NCBI GenBank assembly: GCA_003601835.1 | Contig: PIYB01000002.1 | Span: 1-60,804 of the forward strand | Source: Candidatus Bathyarchaeota archaeon | GTDB taxonomy: Archaea > Thermoproteota > Bathyarchaeia > Bathyarchaeales > DTEX01 | DNA: 60,804 nt | Direction: 5' to 3' | In this document: in pieces, positions 29,102 to 37,603 of the stretch | Numbering within the stretch: position 1 is the first letter of the stretch | Layout of the letters: every line of letters starts with the position of its first letter | Position numbers and translations under genes: made by a program | Notes under the pieces: model-generated | Databases searched by the model: none | Seen by the model: only the letters and a program-made list of their open reading frames with translations | Told to the model about the DNA's origin: nothing

Positions 29102-29383
29102 GAAAAACAATAGAAACTTTAACTCCCCCTTTTTCTTTTTGTAACACGCCCTGCATAGAACATCAAAGAACCCTCAACAGGGTCTCCGTGCGCTTCTTAA
29201 TTCAAACCGCACAACATAAACCTTGGTGAAACACGGTTCCAAGTTAAAAACAGAGCCTTTTGAACCCAACCATAAAAATAAAAAGACTTAAACAGAACAT
29301 TCTCAAATGTTGAAAATCTGTCTCACATAGACTTGGAAAAATAAAAGCTTTTAATTTTCAGGAACCCCCTTTTCAAGACAGAC

Positions 29384-29461
29384 GGGCCCGTGGCCTAGTC
29401 AGGATAGGGCGTCGGCCTCCTAAGCCGATAGTCGAGGGTTCAAATCCCCCCGGGCCCGCCA
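29384..29461 (+). tRNA. tRNA-Arg(CCT), CCA encoded, no intron
   Basis: GGGCCCG TG GCCTAGTCAGGATAGGGC G TCGGC CTCCTAA GCCGA TAGTC GAGGG TTCAAAT CCCCC CGGGCCC G CCA. Confidence 0.9.
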
Positions 29462-29505
29462 CCTTTCAATGAGACAAGTTTTACAACAAACCCATGAACT
29501 GTTTG

Positions 29506-29571
29506 TCATGTGCGGTGTGTCTGGAGAAAAAATTTTCTTTATAAATGTTCTTTGGATTTCTTTCGTTTTCT
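29506..29571 (+). repeat. copy B of the 66-69 nt repeat with a BRE/TATA-like core
   Basis: tcatgtgcggtgtgtctggag-a6-t4-ctttataaatgttctttggatttctttcgttttct. It starts 45 nt after tRNA-Arg. See copy A. Confidence 0.7.
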
Positions 29572-29853
29572 TTGTCTTTCGGATGGTTTTGACCGTCGTG
29601 AACCGGTTTGTTCGATAGGTTTCCAAGAGTTGTCTTTTCCTCGGCGGGGTTTTCATATGAACCGTGGTTATTGTGTCTGTACCTGTTTTTTCGTAACGGA
29701 ACGTTGGACCCGACCTTTCGTCTTAGGGTGTTCTTCATAATTTCTTTATGAATGGACGTTTTTGGTTTCGGGAGAAGAAGACGTTTTTGGACGCTGCTGC
29801 TGGAAAGGTGCTGGAAGAGGATGCTGGTTGAAAGCAGAAATTCTGAAGCGTAC

Positions 29854-30855
29854 ATGGGTTACGAGTTAAAGCACACCGTTCCCCACGTAAGCATTCTAGG
29901 CATCGGCGGGGCAGGATGCAACATAGTGTCTTTGATGGCGAAGAACGGGTCAGAAGCCTCAATTCTTGCGTTGAACAGCGACGCACGGCATCTAAGCGTG
30001 ACAAAGGCAGAAAAACGAATCCTGCTCGGGTACAATACAACCAGCGGACTAGGCTGCATGGGGTTTCCAGAACGTGGTGCCAGAGCAGCTAAGGAAAGCG
30101 TCGGCGAAATAGCGAAAGAACTTTTTGGTTCACAGGTTATCTTCATAGTGGTGGGACTAGGAGGCGGAACCGGTACAGGAGCCGCACCGGTTGTCGCGGA
30201 GATCGCTAAGAGCCAAGGAGCAGCGGCAATCGGAGTGGTTACAATTCCTTTCCAGACAGAAAATATGAGGCGTGCAAAAGCAAAAGAAGGACTGGAAGCT
30301 CTTATCGGTGTATGCGACGCCGTAATTGTGGTCGACAACGGTAAACTGTTGAAGACAGCTGGAAATCTTCCGCTAAGCCAATCCCTCGTGGCGGCGAACA
30401 GGTTAATCGCTCGTTTCCTAAGAAATCTCTCTGACATGCTTGTTGAACCATGTTCGCCGGGTTTCGACCTTAGTCTTAAAGCCTTAATGACGGAGAACGG
30501 GGTCTGCACATTTGGTTTTGGGGAAGGCTTCGGGTACACAAAGGTTAAGGACTCCATCAGAAACGCCTTGGCTAACCTGTTGCTTGATGTTCGAGACCTT
30601 AGAAAAGCCGAGGGAGGCATCATTCACGTTGAAGGCGGAGAAGACATGAAGGCGGAGGACCTTAAGGAAGCAAACAAAATACTGAAGAAGATCGCGTCCA
30701 ACGCTAGAGTCTCATGTGGCGTTCGGCTCAACAACTCGATGTATGACTCTGTGCGTGCAACCATAGTTCTGGCGGGAGTGGAAAGCCCGTTCCAAGAGAA
30801 AAGAAGAAAACTCAATCTAGTGTCTAGCTGGCTGAAACGGCTGTTCAGAGACTAG
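29854..30855 (+). CDS. FtsZ/tubulin-family GTPase, divergent FtsZ-like
   Basis: ILGIGGAGCNIV, ALNSDARHL and GLGGGTGTGAAPVVAEIAK (tubulin signature), plus an FtsZ C-terminal domain. The T7-loop region reads PGFDLSLKAL instead of N.DFAD. The track ORF starts at 29752; ATG 29854 fits FtsZ N-termini. Confidence 0.8.
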   Translation: MGYELKHTVPHVSILGIGGAGCNIVSLMAKNGSEASILALNSDARHLSVTKAEKRILLGYNTTSGLGCMGFPERGARAAKESVGEIAKELFGSQVIFIVVGLGGGTGTGAAPVVAEIAKSQGAAAIGVVTIPFQTENMRRAKAKEGLEALIGVCDAVIVVDNGKLLKTAGNLPLSQSLVAANRLIARFLRNLSDMLVEPCSPGFDLSLKALMTENGVCTFGFGEGFGYTKVKDSIRNALANLLLDVRDLRKAEGGIIHVEGGEDMKAEDLKEANKILKKIASNARVSCGVRLNNSMYDSVRATIVLAGVESPFQEKRRKLNLVSSWLKRLFRD

Positions 30856-30914
30856 GCTGAAGACAAGATACTGTTAAAAGGACAGATGCCGATTCTATTT
30901 TTTGTGACGTCGCC

Positions 30915-32351
30915 ATGGCTTCAATGAAAGAGCACGCTTTGTCTTGGATTGAAGAAAACAAGAACAGACTTGTCAAAATCAGCGATCAGATTTGGGAATA
31001 TGCGGAACTTGGGCTGATAGAGTTCAAATCTTCCAGTCTCCTCGCTGACGAGCTTGAAAAAGCCGGATTCAAGGTTGAACGAGGCATAGCGGGGATGCCT
31101 ACAGCCTTCGTTGCCACATGGGGTGAATCCAAACCGGTCATAGGCATAATGGGAGAATACGATGCACTACCCGGATTGTCGCAGAAGAAGGTTCCTTACA
31201 AAGAGCCGCTTGACCCGGGAAAACCGGGGCATGGATGCGGACACAACATTCACGGGACAACAGGAATGGCGGCAGCCATAGCAGTTAAGAAAGCAATGGA
31301 GAAAAACCACATCAAAGGTACAATCAAGTTTTTCGGCTGCCCTGCGGAAGAAAACTTCAGCGGCAAAGTGTTTATGGTCAGAGACGGATATTTCAACGGC
31401 TTAGACGCAGTGATCAGCCACCATCCCGGAAGCATGAACTCGGCGAACTTGAAAAGCTGTTTGGCGCTGAACTCGGTTAAATTCAGCTTCTACGGCAAGG
31501 CAGCTCACGCAGGTGGGTCTCCTGATCAGGGAAGAAGCGCTCTTGACGCTGTGGAGTTGATGGATGTTGGAGTTAACTTCATGAGGGAACATGTGATTCA
31601 GGACGCTAGGATTCACTACATGATTGAGAAGGGTGGAGACCAGCCGAACATCGTGCCGGATTACGCTCGAAGCTGGTACTATGTAAGAGCGCCTGAAAGA
31701 GACCAGGTGGAATACATATACAAGTGGGTTCTGGAAATCGCGGAAGGAGCAGCTAAGATGACCCGGACAAAGTTGAAATACGAGTTAATAGGCGGTCTTT
31801 ACAACATCATTCCAAACAGAACCATATGTGAAACCATCGTCAGCAACATGCGGGAAATCGGCACACCGAAATACAGCGACGAAGAATTGAGGTTCGCCGA
31901 GGAAATAGCTAAATCCATTCCTCCCGAGATGAAGCTGGAGCAGCTGAGAAAATCCAAGCGTCCAGGCTGGGAGAAACTTGTAGACAAGCTGATAGATGAT
32001 GAGGTTCCAGACCCTTGGGGTGAAGGAGACGTCAGCCACGGCAGCACCGATGTAGCGGATGTAAGCTGGCAAGCACCCGCCGTTGAGTTCAACACAGCCA
32101 CATGGGTTCTAGGCACACCTGGGCATTCGTGGCAGAATGTTGCTCAAAGCGGGGTTGGGTTGGGACATAAATCTTTGATATTTGCGGCAAAGGTTATGGC
32201 TGCAACAGCAATTGACCTCTTAACCGATGAAGACCTGTTGAAAAGGGCAAAGGAGGAACATAAGCGGAGACTGTCCGGGAAGAAGTATCGATGTCCAATT
32301 CCTCCCGACGCCAAGCCGCCACTAGACATCTGGGAGAAATCCGCAAAATAG
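30915..32351 (+). CDS. M20-family amidohydrolase (AbgB-like)
   Basis: GIMGEYDALPG, GHGCGHN and FFGCPAEE metal-ligand motifs. 478 aa. Confidence 0.85.
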   Translation: MASMKEHALSWIEENKNRLVKISDQIWEYAELGLIEFKSSSLLADELEKAGFKVERGIAGMPTAFVATWGESKPVIGIMGEYDALPGLSQKKVPYKEPLDPGKPGHGCGHNIHGTTGMAAAIAVKKAMEKNHIKGTIKFFGCPAEENFSGKVFMVRDGYFNGLDAVISHHPGSMNSANLKSCLALNSVKFSFYGKAAHAGGSPDQGRSALDAVELMDVGVNFMREHVIQDARIHYMIEKGGDQPNIVPDYARSWYYVRAPERDQVEYIYKWVLEIAEGAAKMTRTKLKYELIGGLYNIIPNRTICETIVSNMREIGTPKYSDEELRFAEEIAKSIPPEMKLEQLRKSKRPGWEKLVDKLIDDEVPDPWGEGDVSHGSTDVADVSWQAPAVEFNTATWVLGTPGHSWQNVAQSGVGLGHKSLIFAAKVMAATAIDLLTDEDLLKRAKEEHKRRLSGKKYRCPIPPDAKPPLDIWEKSAK

Positions 32352-32371
32352 CGGATGCTGCAATAATCATC

Positions 32372-32599
32372 TCATATTCTCATTAAGGCTTCGAAAACCC
32401 GTTTGGGAAGAGAGTGAGCTGACAGAATAAGAACCCTGTCTTTTTTATGCATCGAGAGTATGAAGAACACTATGTCCAGTATTGCTAGAACCATAATGAT
32501 TAGAACAATCTCGTAGAAATGGTCCGTTAAGAAGGTGAACAACCGGTTCACTAGGTCATCCATAACGTCCTGCATGCTGAGACAGTATCTCTGAGACAC
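32372..32599 (-). CDS. small single-pass membrane protein, hypothetical
   Basis: 75-aa ORF with one hydrophobic helix (IVLIIMVLAILDIVFFIL). No family recognised. Confidence 0.35.
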   Translation of the reverse strand: MSQRYCLSMQDVMDDLVNRLFTFLTDHFYEIVLIIMVLAILDIVFFILSMHKKDRVLILSAHSLPKRVFEALMRI

Positions 32600-32724
32600 A
32601 TAAATCGGTTATGAACCCGTTATATGGAGTTCTAGCAAGTACTCTCCTTGAATCCGAACCTCGTTGTATCTATGCGCTTTCTTTTGTGGATAGCCTCAGA
32701 TTCCAAAAGCATACTGTTGTATGT

Positions 32725-32976
32725 TTACTGGTGAAGAGACAGGAATCTTCTGATTGAACGATCGTAGGTTCTTTCCACCTCAGGCGGGAAGAAACATGCA
32801 GGTAGCTCCCCGTGCGAACGGTGGTTTCTTATGCACTCGCAACACTTGCCTTTTATGCTGCACGGATAGGTGCATGGGCAATCCTTAAGGTTCACCTCGA
32901 TGTTTGGACAGTCTTTCGCCAATTTCAATCTCACCTTCCATAGCAGTTCTAGAATCTGAAATAAGAGTTTTTCCAA
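32725..32976 (-). CDS. small cysteine-rich protein (possibly DUF6485-like)
   Basis: [31 protein letters not shown] resembles, from memory, the DUF6485 Cys pattern. 83 aa. Confidence 0.5.
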   Translation of the reverse strand: MEKLLFQILELLWKVRLKLAKDCPNIEVNLKDCPCTYPCSIKGKCCECIRNHRSHGELPACFFPPEVERTYDRSIRRFLSLHQ

Positions 32977-33008
32977 TCACCGTGTTCTCGGGCAAAACCT
33001 TAAGCAGC

Positions 33009-33974
33009 TCATGTTCTTTTCATAACCCTGCCCGGCTTCTTTGATTTCAAGTATTTTTCAAGCTCATCCATCGTTGGGCTTCCCCGGGTTGCAGGCTTCG
33101 TCGCCTTTAAGGCGCCCGCCAGGTTTGCTCTTTCCAGAGATTCCTCATCGTTTAAGCCTTGAGCCTTAGAAGCTACGAAAACTCCTAGAAAAGCATCCCC
33201 GCAACCAACGGTGTTTACAACGTGCAAGCCGAGCTCCTTTAAATTGACCCCTTGCACATCGATTATCCGGTCCCGGTCTATGAATGTGCAGCCTTTTTCT
33301 CCGAGCTTAACAATCAGCTTCAACCGTTCGTTTATTGTTGACAAACGTTCCCAAGCTAGCTGAGGATCGCTTTCTCCCGTAAGATTCTTCACTTCAACTT
33401 GGTTGAGCACAAGATAGTCAAGGCTTTCCAAAACCTTTCTAAGTTTACGTAAACCTAACACGCTTCTTACACCGGCGTCCCACACCACCGTTTTTTGATG
33501 CTTCTTCGCTATGTGAACAGCTGCTTGGATTGTTTCAACCGGAGGGTCAACCAGCGTCACAATGGAGGATTCCCGGAGCAGGTCAAAAATAGGCTTGTTC
33601 TGAAGGTCTTCAGGCAGAAGCTTCAGGTTAGCGCCGAACAATGTGTTGATAACGTTTCTTCCAGCCTTATCTATGATGATGTATGCTTGCCCAGATTCTG
33701 CGTCTTCCGTCACCTTGATTCCGGAGACAACCACCCCCTCGTCTTCTAGAATTCGCATCTGTTGTTCTGCGATCGCGTCTCTTCCTAAACAACCGATTAA
33801 GGCGGTTTCACCCGGACCGAGAATTCTCGCCGCGGCAACAGCTACGTTGGCGGCTTTTCCACCCGGAACCCGCGTGATCTTTACGACCGGAACCTCTTCA
33901 CCTATCTGAGGAAACCTTTCAACGAAAAGGTTTATGTCCCAGTTAATCGCGCCTGCCACACATATCTTAACCAA
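33009..33974 (-). CDS. PfkB-family sugar kinase (ribokinase / 2-keto-3-deoxygluconate kinase-like)
   Basis: PGGKAANVAVAAARI and NTVGCGDAFLGVFVA signatures. 321 aa. Confidence 0.85.
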   Translation of the reverse strand: MVKICVAGAINWDINLFVERFPQIGEEVPVVKITRVPGGKAANVAVAAARILGPGETALIGCLGRDAIAEQQMRILEDEGVVVSGIKVTEDAESGQAYIIIDKAGRNVINTLFGANLKLLPEDLQNKPIFDLLRESSIVTLVDPPVETIQAAVHIAKKHQKTVVWDAGVRSVLGLRKLRKVLESLDYLVLNQVEVKNLTGESDPQLAWERLSTINERLKLIVKLGEKGCTFIDRDRIIDVQGVNLKELGLHVVNTVGCGDAFLGVFVASKAQGLNDEESLERANLAGALKATKPATRGSPTMDELEKYLKSKKPGRVMKRT

Positions 33975-33990
33975 ACATGCTTCCTCCTAG

Positions 33991-34755
33991 CTAAGCATCA
34001 AGTTTCAAAAGTCGAATGATGTTGCCAGCCATAACGTTATGTTTATCTTCCTCGGACATTCCGTCGAGGAGAGCCTTGTATTTCGCTACCTCAACATGCA
34101 TCAACGAGAAGGGGGTATCACTCCCAAAGCATACTCTGGTGGAGCCAAGCGTCTTGATCGCCTTCAACACGGGAACCGGTCTTACGCCGCTGCCGATCAA
34201 CGTTAAATTCGGGTGTTCTTGAGCGACCTCTATGGCGGCGTTGGTCAAATCGTGAAACACAACACCACCCATGTGAACCATAAGAATCTACGTGTCCGGA
34301 AACCGTTTAGCTATCTTGGCTACTCTGAACGGGTTCGTTCGATCATATGCGTCTGCACCCACGTGGAAAGCTAGAACTTTTCCAGTCTCAACAATTTCCT
34401 CGATGACAGGAATAGACAGAACCGGGTCATCAATGTAAAAATTGTTTTGCGCCCCATTCAGCTTTACGCCGTAAAAACCGTATTCATAAACGCATTTCCT
34501 AACCTGTTCTTTTGCTGCTTCAACGCCTAGGTTCGGGTCAACCCAGCCGAACCCCAGAATCTTGTCCGGATACTTCTTCATCGCCTTGTAAACGTATTCG
34601 TTGGCTTCAGCAACCTCACGTTTGTACGGAGGTTGAAGCCAGGTGACGGCTTTGTCGACTCCAGCCTTTTCCATTCTTTTCAACAGTTCTTCGACGGAGA
34701 TGCTGTTTCCGCTTTCAAAGGTAGGAGAAATATGCACGTCGGCGTCAATGATCAT
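33991..34755 (-). pseudogene. amidohydrolase_2-family metal-dependent hydrolase (lactonase/decarboxylase type) interrupted by one in-frame TAG
   Basis: ORFs 34288..34755 and 33991..34281 are in the same frame. The minus-strand read is ...AKRFPDT-TAG-ILMVHMGG..., with the TAG at 34288..34290. The N-terminal IIDADVHI and the C-terminal FGSDTPF are the usual metal ligands of a single protein of about 254 aa. Confidence 0.75.
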
Positions 34756-34904
34756 TTACATCCCTCCGCCTATAGATATCAGTCGGTAACATCATAAAAG
34801 GTTGCTACTGTTCTTCTGAAAAAACATAACGCACGCCCGGTTGCCCTTATTTGTGGAGGTTTCTAGATCCTTTCTTGGACAAGTGTTTCCCGAGGAATGT
34901 GACG

Positions 34905-35963
34905 TTACATCCAAGGGTCAATTATGACTTTTATGGCGTTTAAACTTCTATCCTCAAGCGTCCGTATTGCCTCTTCAATCTTTTCAAGAGGAAACTTGTG
35001 GGTCAGGAACTTCTTCACATCAACCTTTCCAGACGCGATCATGTTCAACGCCTCCAGATATTGTCTCCTGTTCGAAGCGTTCGCCCCGTGCACATGCAGC
35101 TCATTGTAGTGAATCAGATTCGTGTTAAGCTCCACATATGGATCGTTTTTAGGGATTCCAGCGAAGAAGCTAATGTCCGCGTCAACCGCAGCCATCTCAA
35201 CCGCCTCTTTTTGAACCTCCTTAGACGAGGCGGCGCATATGACGACATCAGCGCCCAGTCCATTCGTAAACGCTCTAACACGATCTACGGGGTTGCTTGC
35301 ACTTGCATCCACAAACAGGTCAACCGGCAAACCGATCTTCCTTGCTAGTATAAGCCTCGGAGCCGACCTGTTTATCAGAACCACCTTGGCACCCTTCTGT
35401 TTGGCATACTCCACGTGAAGCATACCAATTATCCCCGCGCCAACGATGGCTGCTGTGAAACCCGGCGAACGGTTCTTGAACGGACTCCACCCGTTGATCA
35501 CACAGGAAAAAGGTTCAACAATGCTTGCCTCCTCAAACGACAGACCATCCGGTATCTTGATGACACAGCCCTGTTTCACGGCAGCCCTTGGGACAAGCAG
35601 AAACTGCGCAAACCCGCCGTTGAACTGGTACCCTATGGCTTTGTATTTTCTTCTGCAACGGTTTTCCTCACCTTTCCTGCAGGCGTCGCAGTCACCGCAT
35701 CCGACGACGGTTTCCACAACAACCCGGTCCCCCACCGAGATTTCCCGCACGCCTTCCCCTATTTCCTCGATTACACCTGAGATTTCATGTCCGGTGATTG
35801 GAACGTCAACCTTCTTCTGTCCACGGAATATTCTCAGGTCGGTTCCACAGACCGCGCAAGCCTTCACTTTAACCAAAACTTCCCCGGGGGCACATTTCGG
35901 CTTCTCAACTTCTTTGATCTCGAAACGTTCCTTCCCGGCGAGAACTGCTGCTTTCATCTTCAT
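34905..35963 (-). CDS. zinc-dependent medium-chain alcohol/sugar dehydrogenase
   Basis: VKACAVCGTDLR, GHEISGVIEEIG, the structural-Zn CGDCDACRKG and the GAGIIG Rossmann motif. The track ORF is extended to 36182 and would overlap the divergent E2 gene. ATG 35963 or 35957 gives MKMKAAVL. Confidence 0.9.
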   Translation of the reverse strand: MKMKAAVLAGKERFEIKEVEKPKCAPGEVLVKVKACAVCGTDLRIFRGQKKVDVPITGHEISGVIEEIGEGVREISVGDRVVVETVVGCGDCDACRKGEENRCRRKYKAIGYQFNGGFAQFLLVPRAAVKQGCVIKIPDGLSFEEASIVEPFSCVINGWSPFKNRSPGFTAAIVGAGIIGMLHVEYAKQKGAKVVLINRSAPRLILARKIGLPVDLFVDASASNPVDRVRAFTNGLGADVVICAASSKEVQKEAVEMAAVDADISFFAGIPKNDPYVELNTNLIHYNELHVHGANASNRRQYLEALNMIASGKVDVKKFLTHKFPLEKIEEAIRTLEDRSLNAIKVIIDPWM

Positions 35964-36146
35964 ACGAATGGCACACTTGACTCTAGGACTAAGCCGAGAA
36001 AAGGTTTTCGGGTCTCGGCATACAACGGTTTTCAGCTTCTTTACGAAGCAAGTCTGCAAAGCATGTATTTTCTTCTTTAACCAAAGAAAAAAGGAGTAAG
36101 GAATAAAAGATGCTAAGGGAAGAAGACTACCGCCGGAGGAACAAGC

Positions 36147-37349
36147 ATGGTCACTGAGGTCATAATGCCGAAGATGGGGCAAACCATGGAGAAAGGAAAG
36201 ATCATTAAATGGCTTAAAAAAGAAGGAGAAAAAGTCCGTAGAGGAGAACCGCTTTTAGAGATAGAGACTGACAAAACCACAATTGAGGTTGAAGCCCGAG
36301 GCTCAGGGATACTGAGAAAGATTCTCGCACAGGAAGGCGAAGAGGTGCCAATTGCGACGCCCATAGCTTACATCGGCGAAGAAGATGAACCGCTTCCAGA
36401 AAAGGCGATGGCACCGAAACCTGCAGCTGAGCCGTCTCCCAAAGAAGAAATAGCGAAGATAACAAGGTTGAAGGAGGAAGCCGAGGTGAAACCTGTTGCC
36501 AGAATCAAGGCTTCCCCTTTGGCGAAAAGAATAGCGAAAGAAAAAGGCGTGGACCTGACCAAGGTTCGCGGTTCCGGACCGGGAGGCAGAATCACGAAAG
36601 AAGACGTTCTCAACTATGTCGCCAGCAAAGCTTCTGAGGCTGCTGCTGTGAAGGCTGAACCAGAATTCGAAGTTGTTCCCATGACAAGCATGCGGAAGGC
36701 TATTGCCAAAAAGATGGCTGAAAGCAAAGCCACTGTTCCACACTTTTACGTTAGCACAGAGGTTGACATGACGGAAGCCGTTAAGATGAGGGAAAGGTTG
36801 CTTCCAAAGTTCGAGGCTGAAACAAGCGTCCGGCTGTCATTCACGCATCTGCTCGTCAAAGCTGTGGCAGAAGCCCTTGAGGAGTTTCCTCAGCTCAACT
36901 CCACCCTTGAAGGGGAGAACATCAAGCTCTGGAAGAACATCAACATTGGGATCGCCGTCGGCTTAGAAGACGGTTTGATCGTCCCGGTTCTGAGACAGGC
37001 AAACACGTTAAGCCTAAAGGAAATAGCCTCCCGTGTTACTTCGCTCGTGGCAAGAGCTAGAGAAAAAAGGCTGCGCGAAGACGAGTTCACCGGGGGAACC
37101 TTCACCATATCCAACATGGGAGCGTTGGATGTGGACTCTTTCATCGCCATCATAAACGTTCCGGAAACAGCTATCCTTGCAACCGGCAGAATCAAGGACA
37201 AACCAGTTATCATCAACGAAGCAATCGCCATAAGGAAAATTATGACCATGACCTTGTCTGTGGACCACAGGGTTGTCGACGGGGTTCTAGCAGCCAGATT
37301 CCTGCAAAAAGTTAAAGGGTTGCTTGAGCAGCCTGAGAAATTGTCTTAA
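36147..37349 (+). CDS. dihydrolipoamide acyltransferase (E2 of a 2-oxoacid dehydrogenase complex)
   Basis: Lipoyl domain with EIETDKTT, the subunit-binding domain ASPLAKRIAKEKGVDLTKVRGSGPGGRITKEDV, and the catalytic SVDHRVVDG. Confidence 0.9.
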   Translation: MVTEVIMPKMGQTMEKGKIIKWLKKEGEKVRRGEPLLEIETDKTTIEVEARGSGILRKILAQEGEEVPIATPIAYIGEEDEPLPEKAMAPKPAAEPSPKEEIAKITRLKEEAEVKPVARIKASPLAKRIAKEKGVDLTKVRGSGPGGRITKEDVLNYVASKASEAAAVKAEPEFEVVPMTSMRKAIAKKMAESKATVPHFYVSTEVDMTEAVKMRERLLPKFEAETSVRLSFTHLLVKAVAEALEEFPQLNSTLEGENIKLWKNINIGIAVGLEDGLIVPVLRQANTLSLKEIASRVTSLVARAREKRLREDEFTGGTFTISNMGALDVDSFIAIINVPETAILATGRIKDKPVIINEAIAIRKIMTMTLSVDHRVVDGVLAARFLQKVKGLLEQPEKLS

Positions 37350-37603
37350 CAGCTGCATCGTCAGTTTTTTGACTTTTTCTTTACAGTTTTCGCTGTGCAA
37401 AGGTTTTACAGAAAGGTTTGAATACAACCCTCCGAGAAAGAGAGACAGTTCTGTCTGCCGTGTTTGAGGCATCCACATGTCACGGAAGGTCAAGATTCTA
37501 ATATGGTACGAAGGATTATCCAAAGAGCTTGTTGAACGTGTCCGCTCGGTTTCCGACCGGGTTGAGGTTGAATTCGTTGAGGATGAAAAAGATACATAAG
37601 CGA

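Noticed and set aside
24352-29571. The inverted repeats as termini of an IS, transposon or integrated element.
   Set aside because: The 5.1 kb between them holds no transposase, integrase or phage-like gene. The repeats do not overlap a tRNA 3' end as att sites usually do. The enclosed genes are ordinary housekeeping genes.
29859-30623. Long antisense ORFs: 29859..30623 (254 aa), 35446..36099 (217 aa), 57532..58308 (258 aa), 40983..41618 (211 aa) and 58910..59176.
   Set aside because: Each lies opposite a gene with strong family motifs (FtsZ-like, ADH, GH4, rpoF/rpl21e/pus10, MscS). Each has Ser/Pro/Arg-rich shadow-ORF composition and no recognisable motif.
34288-34290. In-frame TAG as a pyrrolysine codon.
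   Set aside because: TAG terminates several well-supported genes in this same window (stops at 10417, 14808, 15565, 19496, 53568/53569). Genome-wide amber recoding is therefore unlikely. A nonsense mutation or a sequencing error is the simpler explanation.
35964-36182. N-terminal extensions of track ORFs: ADH to 36182, phosphorylase to 27220, FtsZ-like from 29752, MscS to 60081, PurD-like from 5986.
   Set aside because: The extensions have non-protein-like composition or overlap neighbouring genes or promoters. Internal ATGs reproduce the canonical family N-termini.
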